Source of the DNA: an uncultured Bacteroidales bacterium
Lineage (GTDB): Bacteria > Bacteroidota > Bacteroidia > Bacteroidales > UBA10428
Assembly (NCBI GenBank): GCA_963808745.1
Contig: CAWEGX010000012.1
Coordinates: 86,720 to 150,719, forward strand
Length of the DNA: 64,000 nucleotides
Reading direction: 5' to 3'
Within the stretch, counting starts at the first letter, position 1. Each line of letters starts with the position of its first letter. The position numbers and the translations under genes were made by a program. Shown here piece after piece: positions 30,106-40,284 of the stretch. The notes under the pieces were generated by a model that saw only the letters and a list, made by a program, of their open reading frames with translations, had not been told where the DNA came from and did no database searches.

Positions 30106-32622
30106 ATGACAGGTATGTCACGCTTGAGTGAAATTGAAACGGGTGAGAGTGTTTATATCCGCAGGGTAAGGGGAGAAGGTGCGTTCAGGCAGCGTATCAG
30201 TGAAATGGGTTTTGTGAGGGGGAAAAAAATCACAGTTGTTAAGAATGCTCCCCTGAATGATCCTGTTGAATTTAGTCTGATGGGCTATAATGTTTCTCTT
30301 CGCAGAAATGAAGCTTCGCTGATTGATGTTACTTCTGAGAGGGATACGGCCGAAACGGCAACAAATGGTTTTTCAGAAGAAGGTATCAGATTCCATCCGG
30401 ATGAAAATACAGGAAAAATAATCCGTGTAGCCCTTGTCGGAAATCCAAATGCGGGAAAAACCACTATTTATAATTATGCTTCCGGTTCACGCGAGCATGT
30501 AGGCAATTATACAGGTGTAACTGTAAACTCAAAAACCGCCACTTTTAAACTTAATGAATATACTTTTCAGCTTACCGATCTTCCCGGCACCTATTCCTTA
30601 TCGGCCTACTCCCCTGAAGAACTGTATGTAAGGGATTTTATACTGGAACAACAACCGGATGTTGTTATCAACATTGTTGATGCTGCCAATCTCGAGCGCA
30701 ATCTTTATCTCACAACGCAGCTAATTGATATGAATTTAAAAGTTGTGGTTGCACTGAACATGTTCGATGAACTTGAAAAGAACAAGGATAAGTTTGACCA
30801 TGCCGCACTGGGAAGTATGCTTGGAATACCCTTTGTTCCAACGGTTGGTGCGCGGGGCAAAGGCATTCATAAGCTTTTTCAGAAGGTAATCTCGGTATAT
30901 AGCGGTAAAAACCCGATTCAAAGGAATGTCAATATCAATTACGGAACTGAGGTTGAACAAAGCGTAAAGCAGGTGCACGAAAAAATAAGGTCCATTACCG
31001 GCAGTGATCGTGTTGAAGGTGTTCCTGCCCGGTTTATTGCATTGCGTTTGATAAACAGGGACAGGCATATTGAATCCCTCCTGCTTAATTATCCCCGCCA
31101 TAATGAGATTTTGTCTGTTGCAAGGCGCGAATCCGACCGGGTAGCTTCTGTAATGAATGAGACGGTGGAAACGGTTATCACCAATGCCCGCTATGGCTTT
31201 ATTTTTGGCGCACTTAAGGAAACATTTGAAGCGGCACCGCGCAGCAAGGCAACCCATTCCGACCGCATTGATCAGCTGTTGACAAATAAATACATGGGAT
31301 TCCCGGTTTTCCTGCTTTTCCTCTGGATCATGTTCACGGTAACTTTTACACTGGGTGCTTATCCACAGGAGTGGATCAACCAGGGTGTGACTGTTCTGGG
31401 AAATGCATTTAACAATGTGATGCCTGAGGGATCATTGAAACAGCTGATATCAGAAGGAATTATTGGCGGTGTTGGCGGTGTCATCGTATTCCTCCCCAAT
31501 ATCCTGATCCTCTTCTTCTTTATATCCGTTATGGAAGATACGGGTTATATGGCACGGGCAGCATTCATGACCGACAAGCTCATGCACAAGATCGGGTTGC
31601 ATGGAAAATCGTTTATTCCGCTCGTTATGGGATTTGGCTGCAATGTTCCGGCTATTATGTCAACCCGCACCATTGAAAGCCGCAATAACCGGTTGCTTAC
31701 CATGCTGATCAATCCATTCATGTCGTGCAGCGCACGCCTGCCTGTATATTTACTTCTTGTCGGGGCAGTATTTCCCCGGCACAGCGGAACACTCCTTTTT
31801 GGTATTTACCTTACCGGTATTGTGATGGCTATCCTGGTTGCCCTTCTATTCAAAAACACCTTTTTCCGGGCTACTGACGCTCCGTTCGTGATGGAATTGC
31901 CGCCATACAGGATGCCTACCATTCGATCCACCTTCAGGCACATGTGGTCAAAGGCCTCACAGTATATTAAGAAAATGGGCGGAGTGATCATGATTGCTTC
32001 CATTTTGATCTGGGCCCTTGGACATTATCCTGTTAAGGTATCCTACACACAGAATTACGGGGAGCAAAAGGCCGAAGTTATTAAGAAATATGAAGGGCAG
32101 TCCGCGGGTTTACATGACAAAGCCACGCTTTTGCATCTTCAGCAAAATAAGGATAATGACCTCCTTGCCCTTGATACCAGAATGAAATCCGAACACCAGG
32201 AGAAATCGTATATCGGACGGATTGGCAAGAAGATCGAACCGCTGATCAGGCCATTGGGATTCGACTGGAAAATGGGAGTCTGCCTGCTCACTGGTGTGGC
32301 TGCCAAGGAAATTGTTGTAAGTACCATGGGCGTAATTTACCAGGCCAGTGAAGGGGACGAATACACAACATCCTTGCAGGGAAAAATCAAAAATGCCACC
32401 TATAGCAGTGGAATTAATAAGGGTAAACCAGTTTTTAATCCATTGGCAACGATCTCATTTATTCTGTTCACCCTGTTCTATTTTCCCTGCATTGCCACGG
32501 TAGCCGCAATATACAAGGAGTCTGGTTCATGGAAATGGGCGGCGTTTTCTGTTCTGTATACAACCGGTCTGGCCTGGCTGGTTTCCCTGGCGGTTTTCCA
32601 GATTGGTAATTTATTTTTGTAA
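30106..32622 (+). CDS. feoB: Ferrous iron transporter FeoB with fused N-terminal FeoA
   Basis: FeoA (RISEMGF...APLNDP); GTPase GNPNAGKT, DLPG, NMFD; gate motifs GFGCNVPA, FMSCSARLP, YFPCIAT. Confidence 0.96.
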   Translation: MTGMSRLSEIETGESVYIRRVRGEGAFRQRISEMGFVRGKKITVVKNAPLNDPVEFSLMGYNVSLRRNEASLIDVTSERDTAETATNGFSEEGIRFHPDENTGKIIRVALVGNPNAGKTTIYNYASGSREHVGNYTGVTVNSKTATFKLNEYTFQLTDLPGTYSLSAYSPEELYVRDFILEQQPDVVINIVDAANLERNLYLTTQLIDMNLKVVVALNMFDELEKNKDKFDHAALGSMLGIPFVPTVGARGKGIHKLFQKVISVYSGKNPIQRNVNINYGTEVEQSVKQVHEKIRSITGSDRVEGVPARFIALRLINRDRHIESLLLNYPRHNEILSVARRESDRVASVMNETVETVITNARYGFIFGALKETFEAAPRSKATHSDRIDQLLTNKYMGFPVFLLFLWIMFTVTFTLGAYPQEWINQGVTVLGNAFNNVMPEGSLKQLISEGIIGGVGGVIVFLPNILILFFFISVMEDTGYMARAAFMTDKLMHKIGLHGKSFIPLVMGFGCNVPAIMSTRTIESRNNRLLTMLINPFMSCSARLPVYLLLVGAVFPRHSGTLLFGIYLTGIVMAILVALLFKNTFFRATDAPFVMELPPYRMPTIRSTFRHMWSKASQYIKKMGGVIMIASILIWALGHYPVKVSYTQNYGEQKAEVIKKYEGQSAGLHDKATLLHLQQNKDNDLLALDTRMKSEHQEKSYIGRIGKKIEPLIRPLGFDWKMGVCLLTGVAAKEIVVSTMGVIYQASEGDEYTTSLQGKIKNATYSSGINKGKPVFNPLATISFILFTLFYFPCIATVAAIYKESGSWKWAAFSVLYTTGLAWLVSLAVFQIGNLFL

Positions 32623-32628
32623 TTTTAT

Positions 32629-32856
32629 ATGATGATGACCCAGGATCTTCTGACCTATCTGGTAATTGCTTCTGCAGCCGCGTATATACTTTTTAGTATT
32701 TACAGGATGATCATTCCATCGAAGAATGTCACTGGCATTGGGTGTACCGGGTGTGGCGGGGGCTGTAAACACGAAAATTTTGCAGAGAAGAAAAAAGTTG
32801 AAATGGGTTTCAAACCCATCTCTACCGTCATTTCAGAAAAGACCGACCAGGTCTAA
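32629..32856 (+). CDS. FeoB-associated Cys-rich membrane protein
   Basis: TM helix then GCTGCGGGC, directly after feoB. Confidence 0.8.
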   Translation: MMMTQDLLTYLVIASAAAYILFSIYRMIIPSKNVTGIGCTGCGGGCKHENFAEKKKVEMGFKPISTVISEKTDQV

Positions 32857-33665
32857 AATTTCACATCCCCGATCTTATTCATCAGATTCAGGATCCGTGC
32901 CTGCCGCCGGAGCAGATAAGGTGTGGGTGCCGCGGGATTTCGCTTCCTCGGATTTGGCAAACAGGCTGCAATAAGAGCAGCTTCGCTGCGCGAGAGGTTT
33001 TTCGAAGACTTATGAAAATAATCTCTGGCCGCCGCCTCTGTTCCATAAATTCCATCGCCGGTTTCAATTACATTCAGATATACTTCCATGATCCTCCGCT
33101 TACTCCATATCAGGTCAATTGTAACGGTAAAATAAAGTTCAAAGCCCTTGCGCAGCCATGTTCTGGCCGGCCAAAGAAAAACATTTTTGGCAACCTGCTG
33201 TGTAATAGTACTGGCGCCATGTTTCCTCTTATGGCGTTTGTTATATTGAACGGCCTTTTCAATGGCCTGAATATCTATTCCCCAGTGTTCAAGAAAGCGG
33301 TTATCTTCAGAAGCTACCACAGCCCGGTACATATTCGGTGAAATTTTTTCAATGGGCATCCACTTCTTATGCATTTTGGCTCTTTTGCCTGCCATCTTTT
33401 GTTCTACAACCCTGTTGATCATCAGGGGAGTTATCGGAGGATTTATAAATGTGAATAAAACTTCAACGAACAAAGTGGAAACGAAAAAAAACACAGCAGT
33501 CCATTTCAGTATCGTCAGAGCTTTTCCGGCATATAAACGCCAGTTTTTCTTCAATTCGATCAGCGCGTTCCTGCCAAAATAACGCCAGTTCTTCTTCACA
33601 ATAGGGCTATCGGCCTCCACAGGCTGATTTGTATTTTCAGGTTCGTCCATTTTTCCAGGTTTCAC
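32853..33665 (-). CDS. mtgA: Monofunctional biosynthetic peptidoglycan transglycosylase
   Basis: SEDNRFLEHWG, GASTITQQVAKN, RKGFE, YLN, LPNP; start may be 33650. Confidence 0.94.
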   Translation of the reverse strand: MKPGKMDEPENTNQPVEADSPIVKKNWRYFGRNALIELKKNWRLYAGKALTILKWTAVFFFVSTLFVEVLFTFINPPITPLMINRVVEQKMAGKRAKMHKKWMPIEKISPNMYRAVVASEDNRFLEHWGIDIQAIEKAVQYNKRHKRKHGASTITQQVAKNVFLWPARTWLRKGFELYFTVTIDLIWSKRRIMEVYLNVIETGDGIYGTEAAARDYFHKSSKNLSRSEAALIAACLPNPRKRNPAAPTPYLLRRQARILNLMNKIGDVKF

Positions 33666-33684
33666 GTTTTAAAAATAATAAAAA

Positions 33685-34290
33685 AAGGACAAGGGACAAG
33701 GGACAAGGGACTAGTCCCTCAGCATCTGGCAATTTTGCCACAAAATAAATAACTGAAATGGAAAATGCGAGCAAAGCGAGCATTCATCGCGAAATCTGCG
33801 AAATCTGAGGGAGAAAAAATTTCGAAGAAAAACATATTGGCACAGGGAGGGATGGCCAAAAGTTTTACACAGAGGACCACGGAGTTAAGGTGAGCTTAAC
33901 GTGGCTTGGAGGACACAGAGCGCAATCTCATTTCATTCGATTGACCGTTCAGTATGTAGTTATATCTACATCGTTGAGATCAGTGTAATCTGAGATAAAA
34001 TAGGCCCGGAGAGGTTTTCATGCGAGCTACGCGAGCATGGATCTGCGGAATCTGTCGAGAGAAGATTTTAGGATTTTAGGCTTTCCAGGTAATGTGTAAA
34101 GTTTTTTACGCAGATCGCAAAGGTATTTCGAAAGTTTGAAAATTTGAAAATGTGAAAATTAAGCTTTTCAGTCATGCAGATCAGTGCAGTCCTTCAAACT
34201 CTTATGAAGTATACTCCTTACTCCTTACTCACTCGTCTCACGTCCTCTCAGCTCTCATCTCTCATCTCTCAGTCTCTCGTCACCTCTCAC
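33685..34290. repeat. Repeat-rich intergenic region (AAGGGAC, GCGAGC/ATCTGCG, TTTGAAAA and CTCATCT-type repeats)
   Basis: (AAGGGAC)3 at 33691, gcgagcaaagcgagc near 33767, tttgaaaatttgaaaatgtgaaaa near 34135, ctctcatctctcatctctca near 34250. Confidence 0.65.
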
Positions 34291-34568
34291 TTCCCGTGTT
34301 TCCCCTCCAGCTCCTTAATTTTCTCTCTAATCCGGAGATAATAAGCCTTGTACTTAATAAAGTGATTCCCTTTTTCAAATTCCCAGATTATGTTGCCGGC
34401 ACGGTAAATTTTGCCTATGCAGGCTTCAAAAATGAGATTGTAATTTACACCCGTGATGCTTTCAGCCTGGAGGATGGAATGGAATCTGACGTTTTTATCG
34501 CCGAAATATCCAATGACGGGTAAGTTGTACTTTTTTTGTTTTCGTTTTAGCTGAGGTTGGGTTGTCAT
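34287..34568 (-). CDS. Small NUMOD1-like (IENR1) DNA-binding domain protein
   Basis: PVIGY...FHSILQAESITGVNYNLIFEACIGKIYRAGNIIWEF fits the NUMOD1 pattern FxSxxxA...I...c.GK...AG..W. Confidence 0.62.
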   Translation of the reverse strand: MTTQPQLKRKQKKYNLPVIGYFGDKNVRFHSILQAESITGVNYNLIFEACIGKIYRAGNIIWEFEKGNHFIKYKAYYLRIREKIKELEGKHGK

Positions 34569-34681
34569 GGGTAACCTTTTTTATAATTTACGAATATTAC
34601 CCTCTATTTGTTACGAATATGGTCTATGCATTGCCCGGATGAACAATTGCGGCCGGTGTATGTTAATCCAGTCGAGATATC

Positions 34682-36280
34682 ATGAATGTGGACGTCCTTA
34701 CATCAAATACAAAATCCGGTTCAGCGGCATTCAGATCACGGGTTGGGGAATATAATGCCCTTGTCGGAGATTTGAATGAAACCATCAGGGCAAAAACCCG
34801 CGGCGGAAACCAGGAATCGGTAAAAAAGCATACTTCCAGGGGCAAACTGATGGCCCGGGAACGGATTGACCTTTTAGTGGATGAAAATACCGCTTTTCTT
34901 GAATTCTCACCGCTGGCTGCTATTGGCCAGTATAATGATGATTTCCCCGGGGCCGGCATTATTACCGGGATCGGTGTCATTCACAACAGGGAAACGGTAA
35001 TTGTAGCCAATGACGCCACCGTCAAGGGCGGGACATACATAGCTGAAACCATAAAAAAACATCTCCGGGCCCAGCAAATTGCACTCGAAAATAGTCTGCC
35101 CTGTTTTTACCTGGTGGATTCGGGGGGGATTTTCCTGCCCGAACAGGCAAGGGTATTTCCCGACAGGCATGATTTCGGCCGGATATTTTATAACCAGGCC
35201 AGGTTATCCTCATTGGGCATACCGCAAATCTCTGCCGTTATGGGTTCATGTACTGCAGGAGGAGCCTATGTGCCTGCCATGAGCGACGAAACGGTGATCG
35301 TAAAGGGACAGGGAACTATATTCCTTGGTGGTCCACCCCTTGTAAAAGCGGCCACGGGTGAAACTGTCACTGCCGAAGAACTTGGGGGAGCACTTGTACA
35401 TACGACCTTGTCGGGAGTGGCCGACCACCTTGCTGTGAATGAGCATCATGCAATTAATATTTGCAGAAACATTGCTTCTACTTTTCCGTCACCCCAAAAG
35501 CAGGAAATTCAACGCTCAGCGCCTGAAGATCCGCTGTATGATCCTGCGGAATTATATGGTTTACTTGGACTTACATCACGTGAGATTCCTGATGCCCGTG
35601 AAATCATTGCACGTCTTGTGGATGGCAGCCGGTTTCACGAATTTAAGGCCGGTTACGGTACAACATTAATTACAGGCTTTGCCCGGATTATGGGTTACCC
35701 GGTCGGCATATTGGCCAATATGGGCATCTTGTATCCGGAATCCGCCCTTAAAGGAACGCATTTTATCGAATTATGCAATTTCAGGAAAATTCCTATGCTG
35801 TTCCTTCAGAATATCAATGGATTCATGGTCGGTAAAGATGTTGAAAACCGGGGGATTGCAAAAGACGGAGCAAAGATGGTGCATGCAGTGGCCACCTCCT
35901 CCGTACCTTTTTTTACCATAATAATTGGCGGTTCGTATGGTGCCGGAAATTATGCCATGGCTGGCAGGGCATATGATCCGCGATTACTTTTTATGTATCC
36001 CGGAGCCCGGATTTCCGTGATGGGTGCTGAACAGGCTGCCGTTGTGCTTGGCAGCATCGGAAAACAGGAAGGCAAGCCTGATCGCATAATCACGTCTGAA
36101 TCCGGTAACCCGATATACGACACATATAACCGTGAAGGATCACCGTATTACAGCACATCCAGAATTTGGGATGACGGTATTATTGACCCCCTTGACACCC
36201 GAAAGATTATAGCCATGGGAATTGCCATGTCGCTGAATAAAAGATTTTCTGAACCTGCCAATGGCATTTACCGCATGTAA
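34682..36280 (+). CDS. liuB: 3-methylcrotonyl-CoA carboxylase beta (carboxyltransferase) subunit
   Basis: GKLMARERI, ANDATVKGGTY, KKHLRAQ, VDSGG, FPDRHDFGRIFYNQA, GSCTAGGAYVPAMSD, GSYGAGNY, WDDGIIDP. Confidence 0.92.
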   Translation: MNVDVLTSNTKSGSAAFRSRVGEYNALVGDLNETIRAKTRGGNQESVKKHTSRGKLMARERIDLLVDENTAFLEFSPLAAIGQYNDDFPGAGIITGIGVIHNRETVIVANDATVKGGTYIAETIKKHLRAQQIALENSLPCFYLVDSGGIFLPEQARVFPDRHDFGRIFYNQARLSSLGIPQISAVMGSCTAGGAYVPAMSDETVIVKGQGTIFLGGPPLVKAATGETVTAEELGGALVHTTLSGVADHLAVNEHHAINICRNIASTFPSPQKQEIQRSAPEDPLYDPAELYGLLGLTSREIPDAREIIARLVDGSRFHEFKAGYGTTLITGFARIMGYPVGILANMGILYPESALKGTHFIELCNFRKIPMLFLQNINGFMVGKDVENRGIAKDGAKMVHAVATSSVPFFTIIIGGSYGAGNYAMAGRAYDPRLLFMYPGARISVMGAEQAAVVLGSIGKQEGKPDRIITSESGNPIYDTYNREGSPYYSTSRIWDDGIIDPLDTRKIIAMGIAMSLNKRFSEPANGIYRM

Positions 36281-36293
36281 CCTGATAACCATA

Positions 36294-37085
36294 ATGAATG
36301 CCCGGACAATTATCACCGAGATCAGGGGGCCTTTGGCCCGGCTGTGGTTAAACCGCCCCGGAGTGAGAAATGCATTGGACAAACCGATGCTGGAAGAACT
36401 TTTTTCGGCCATTGAAAACATCAACAACAATCCGGCAATCCGCATTGTCAGTTTGCGGGGAATTGGATCCTCTTTTTGTGCCGGTGCCGATCTTGGATGG
36501 ATGCAAAAAGCACAGGGCCTGTCGAAGGACGAAAACTACCGGGAGAGTATCCTCCTGGCAAAATGTTTTCATGCCTTATATACAAGCCCTAAAATTATTG
36601 TAGCGGGCATACATGGTGCAGCCCTGGGTGGGGCGATCGGCCTGGTTTCAGCCTCTGATATCGCCGTTACGACGAATACAGCAGTTTTTGCATTTTCGGA
36701 AGTGAAACTGGGACTGATACCGGCCACTGTGGCCCCCTATCTTCTGCGCAAAAGCTCCAGCGGAAAAATTATGGAGTACCTGCTGACAGGAAGGAAATTC
36801 AGCGGGCATGATGCAGTATCTATCGGATTGGTAAACAGGTCGGTACCTGATGAGCAGTTCGAACAGGTGCACGAAGATCTCCTCACTGAATTGCTGAAGG
36901 CAGCCCCTGATGCCCAGCTTAAAATTAAGGAATTGATCCGTTCTCTTACCGGATCTGCGCCCGACATAACCATCATGGCAAGAACCGCTTCACTTCTGGC
37001 TGAAACCAGGGTGTCGGAAGAGGCAGGAGAAGGTATCCGGGCATTCCTGGAAAAGCGACAACCAGGCTGGATGAGCGGCCAGTAG
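36294..37085 (+). CDS. liuC: Enoyl-CoA hydratase, 3-methylglutaconyl-CoA hydratase-like
   Basis: LNRPGVRNA, FCAGADLGWM, GAALGGAIGL, FSEVKLGLIPA, EGIRAFLEKRQP; sits between the MCC subunits. Confidence 0.85.
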   Translation: MNARTIITEIRGPLARLWLNRPGVRNALDKPMLEELFSAIENINNNPAIRIVSLRGIGSSFCAGADLGWMQKAQGLSKDENYRESILLAKCFHALYTSPKIIVAGIHGAALGGAIGLVSASDIAVTTNTAVFAFSEVKLGLIPATVAPYLLRKSSSGKIMEYLLTGRKFSGHDAVSIGLVNRSVPDEQFEQVHEDLLTELLKAAPDAQLKIKELIRSLTGSAPDITIMARTASLLAETRVSEEAGEGIRAFLEKRQPGWMSGQ

Positions 37086-37099
37086 AAAAGGAGCCTGCA

Positions 37100-39097
37100 T
37101 TGAAACCGGATTCCATACATAAAATTTTGATTGCCAATCGCAGTGAAATAGCCCTGCGGGTAAAGCGTGCTGCCACATCACTCAATATTCCTACTGTTGC
37201 TATTTTCACCGGTCAGGAATCAGAATCCTCCTGGGTCAGGCAATTTCAAGAATCCTATTCTTTGGGGAGTGGACCTCTTTCCGATACCTGGCTCAATATT
37301 GCTTCTATCATAGCGTTGGCTAAAAAATCGGGTGCAGATGCAATCCACCCCGGCTATGGTTTTTTATCGGAAAACAGCCTTTTTGCGAAGGCTTGTGAAG
37401 AAAATAAAATTCGCTTTATCGGTCCGTCTGCTGAAATATTAAAACTCATGGGTGATAAATTAACTGCCCATCATTTTGTATCCGGACTTGGAATACCGGT
37501 CATCGATAAAATTATCGACACACCGCATGAGATCAGTAAGCTGCGGCATTCGATTGAATATCCGGTTTTGGTTAAAGCAGTGGCAGGCGGAGGTGGAAAG
37601 GGCATGCGCCTTGTGAAATCACATGCAGAGCTTAGGGATGTTCTTGAAATTACATCCAATGAAGCTTATCATTACTTTGCCGATGACAGGGTTTATGTTG
37701 AAAAATACCTTCATGCCCCGCGCCATATTGAAGTTCAGATAATTGGCGATGTGCATGGCAATATTGTTCATTTGTTTGAACGCGAATGTTCCATTCAGCG
37801 CAGGCATCAGAAAATAGTTGAAGAGGCACCTGCTGCCAGTCTGCCGGACCAGGTCAGAAAAGAAATAATTGATGCCGCGCTCACCATAGCCAGGTCAGTG
37901 AGGTATGTTAACGCCGGCACAATTGAATTTCTGCTGGATGATTCCGGAGATTTCTTCTTTCTTGAAATGAATACCCGCATCCAGGTTGAGCATGGCATCA
38001 CAGAAATGATTACAGGCATCGACCTGGTAAAAGAACAGATCCGGGTGGCCGAAGGATACCCACTATCCTTTTCACAGACCGATATCCTCAGGCATGGCCA
38101 TGCCATTGAATCGCGCATATACGCTGAAGATCCGGAGCATGATCTGCTGCCATCGCCGGGGAAAATTCATTACTACCGGGAACCTTCCCTCAATGCAGTT
38201 CGCATGGAATCTGCAGTTACCTCAGGCACTGAAATACAAGCCGATTTCGATCCCCTGATTGCCAAGGTCATTGCTCATGGGCCAACCCGTGAGGATGCAA
38301 TTTCACAGATGGAGAGGGCCCTGGAACAAACCGTGATCACAGGGGTTCGCCATAATATACCCCTCATCAGGGCTATACTGGCAGATGAGGATTACAGGCG
38401 GAATGAAGTGAGCACTACATACCTGCAGGATAGGTACGAACTATTCAAAGTGCTGATTTCAACCCGAAAGAAAAAAACTGACCCGTGGGAGCTGATCCTG
38501 GCCGGAACCCTGGTCTCCCTGTTTTCACCGAAAAGCCGGCAATCCTCCATTTGGAATTCATTGGGATACTGGAGAATTACACCACGAATTGGATTTAAAT
38601 ACAACAATCTGCAGCATACTGCTGAGTATCGCATAGTCAGCACTGATTCAGCGGATATCTGGTATGATTCCGTAAAGCGGTCAGTTACCAATATCCGTGT
38701 TGAAGAAAATGCAGTGTCTTATGATCAGGATGATGTAAATGCCTGTTTTTATTTTGTGCCCGAAACAAATGGGGTAATTGTGATTACAAAAGATGGCCTT
38801 GATTTCGGGCTCAGGCGAACAGACAGGCTTGAATCAACAGACTTTGGTCTTTTTGAAGAAGAAAGTACCGTTGAACAGGAACTGGTAAGATCGCCGCTGC
38901 CGGGGAAGGTAAACCGGATATTTGTTAAAGTGAATGAAAAAGTAAACAAGGGTGATCATTTGGTCACCATTGAATCAATGAAACTTGAAAATGGCATTCT
39001 GGCGCCTCATGAAGGTACTGTTCAGCAAATCCTCACCAGTGAAGGGGCACAGGTTAGTCAAAATGAGCCATTGGTTTTTATTAAACTTCTGCAATAA
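37100..39097 (+). CDS. liuD: 3-methylcrotonyl-CoA carboxylase alpha (biotin carboxylase + biotin carrier)
   Basis: ILIANRSEIA, HPGYGFLSEN, GGGGKGM, ERECSIQRRHQK, EMNTRIQVEH; biotinyl motif ESMKLE; TTG start. Confidence 0.9.
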   Translation: MKPDSIHKILIANRSEIALRVKRAATSLNIPTVAIFTGQESESSWVRQFQESYSLGSGPLSDTWLNIASIIALAKKSGADAIHPGYGFLSENSLFAKACEENKIRFIGPSAEILKLMGDKLTAHHFVSGLGIPVIDKIIDTPHEISKLRHSIEYPVLVKAVAGGGGKGMRLVKSHAELRDVLEITSNEAYHYFADDRVYVEKYLHAPRHIEVQIIGDVHGNIVHLFERECSIQRRHQKIVEEAPAASLPDQVRKEIIDAALTIARSVRYVNAGTIEFLLDDSGDFFFLEMNTRIQVEHGITEMITGIDLVKEQIRVAEGYPLSFSQTDILRHGHAIESRIYAEDPEHDLLPSPGKIHYYREPSLNAVRMESAVTSGTEIQADFDPLIAKVIAHGPTREDAISQMERALEQTVITGVRHNIPLIRAILADEDYRRNEVSTTYLQDRYELFKVLISTRKKKTDPWELILAGTLVSLFSPKSRQSSIWNSLGYWRITPRIGFKYNNLQHTAEYRIVSTDSADIWYDSVKRSVTNIRVEENAVSYDQDDVNACFYFVPETNGVIVITKDGLDFGLRRTDRLESTDFGLFEEESTVEQELVRSPLPGKVNRIFVKVNEKVNKGDHLVTIESMKLENGILAPHEGTVQQILTSEGAQVSQNEPLVFIKLLQ

Positions 39098-39123
39098 TCA
39101 ACAAAAAATAATATTTGAAATAA

Positions 39124-40281
39124 ATGCATCCATTTCTTACACCATCTCATGAAAAGTTCCGGCATAAGATCCGGGAGTTTGCCACAAAGGAAATTAAAGA
39201 AATTGCGCGAAAGCTTGATGATACCAGCACTTTTTCACCCGAAATAACCCGGAAAATGGGCCAGTTTGGACTTTTTGGAATGAATCTTCCTGAAAAGTAT
39301 GGTGGAACGAATATGGATACACTTTCATATATAATTGCTGTAGAAGAGCTTGCGCGTATTGATAGTTCCCAGGCTGCCACCGTGGCTTCGCATAATTCCC
39401 TGGGCATTGGTCCCATATACCAGTTTGGAACCGACAGGCAGAAGGAAGAGCTTTTGCCTGGTTTCTGCACCGGTGATCGGTTATGGGCATTCGGGCTCAC
39501 CGAGGAATCAGCCGGTTCAGATGCCCGCGGAACAAAGACGGAAGCCATACACAGCGATGGCCACTGGGTGATCAACGGTTCCAAGATGTTCATTACCAAT
39601 TCAGCTTCTGTATTATCGTATGGGGCAACAATACAGGTTGTTACAGGTAATAACAACGGTGACAAGGAACTTTCGGTGATCCTGGTTCCCCGCAATACAC
39701 CCGGTTACAGATGCGAAAGAATAGGCAACAAGATGATGTGGCGTGCCGCGGATACCGGGATGCTGTATTTTGATAATTGCCGCGTTCCGGAGGAGAACAT
39801 CCTGGGTAAAAGAGGAATGGGAGCAAAGATCATGTTACAAACCCTTGACAGCGGTAGATTGTCGATTGCTGCCATGGGACTTGGATTGGCACAGGGCGCA
39901 TTTGAACTGGCACTCGAATATGCGAAAACACGGGTTCAGTTCGGTCGGCCGATCTCACAGTTCCAATCCATTGCATTCAAGCTGGCAGATATGGACATGA
40001 AACTTGAACTGGCCCGCAACACCCTTTACAAAGCCTGCAAAATGAAAGATGACCATTTGCCGTTTGGCAGGGAAGCTGCCATTGCCAAATTATACTGCTC
40101 CGAAATTGCACGGGAGGTAGCTGACGAGGCGGTGCAGATCCATGGGGCTTATGGATTATTCAAGGACAGCGATATTGAAAGATTTTACCGCGATCAGCGA
40201 ATCCTGCAGATAGGTGAAGGAACTTCAGAAATTCTGCGGGTTGTGATCTCACGGTATTTGGGATTGAAACACATTTCTTAA
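39124..40281 (+). CDS. Acyl-CoA dehydrogenase (putative isovaleryl-CoA dehydrogenase by context)
   Basis: FGLTEESAGSDA, INGSKMFITN, RVQFGRPI, VQIHGAYG, IGEGTSEI. Confidence 0.88.
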   Translation: MHPFLTPSHEKFRHKIREFATKEIKEIARKLDDTSTFSPEITRKMGQFGLFGMNLPEKYGGTNMDTLSYIIAVEELARIDSSQAATVASHNSLGIGPIYQFGTDRQKEELLPGFCTGDRLWAFGLTEESAGSDARGTKTEAIHSDGHWVINGSKMFITNSASVLSYGATIQVVTGNNNGDKELSVILVPRNTPGYRCERIGNKMMWRAADTGMLYFDNCRVPEENILGKRGMGAKIMLQTLDSGRLSIAAMGLGLAQGAFELALEYAKTRVQFGRPISQFQSIAFKLADMDMKLELARNTLYKACKMKDDHLPFGREAAIAKLYCSEIAREVADEAVQIHGAYGLFKDSDIERFYRDQRILQIGEGTSEILRVVISRYLGLKHIS

Positions 40282-40284
40282 TAT

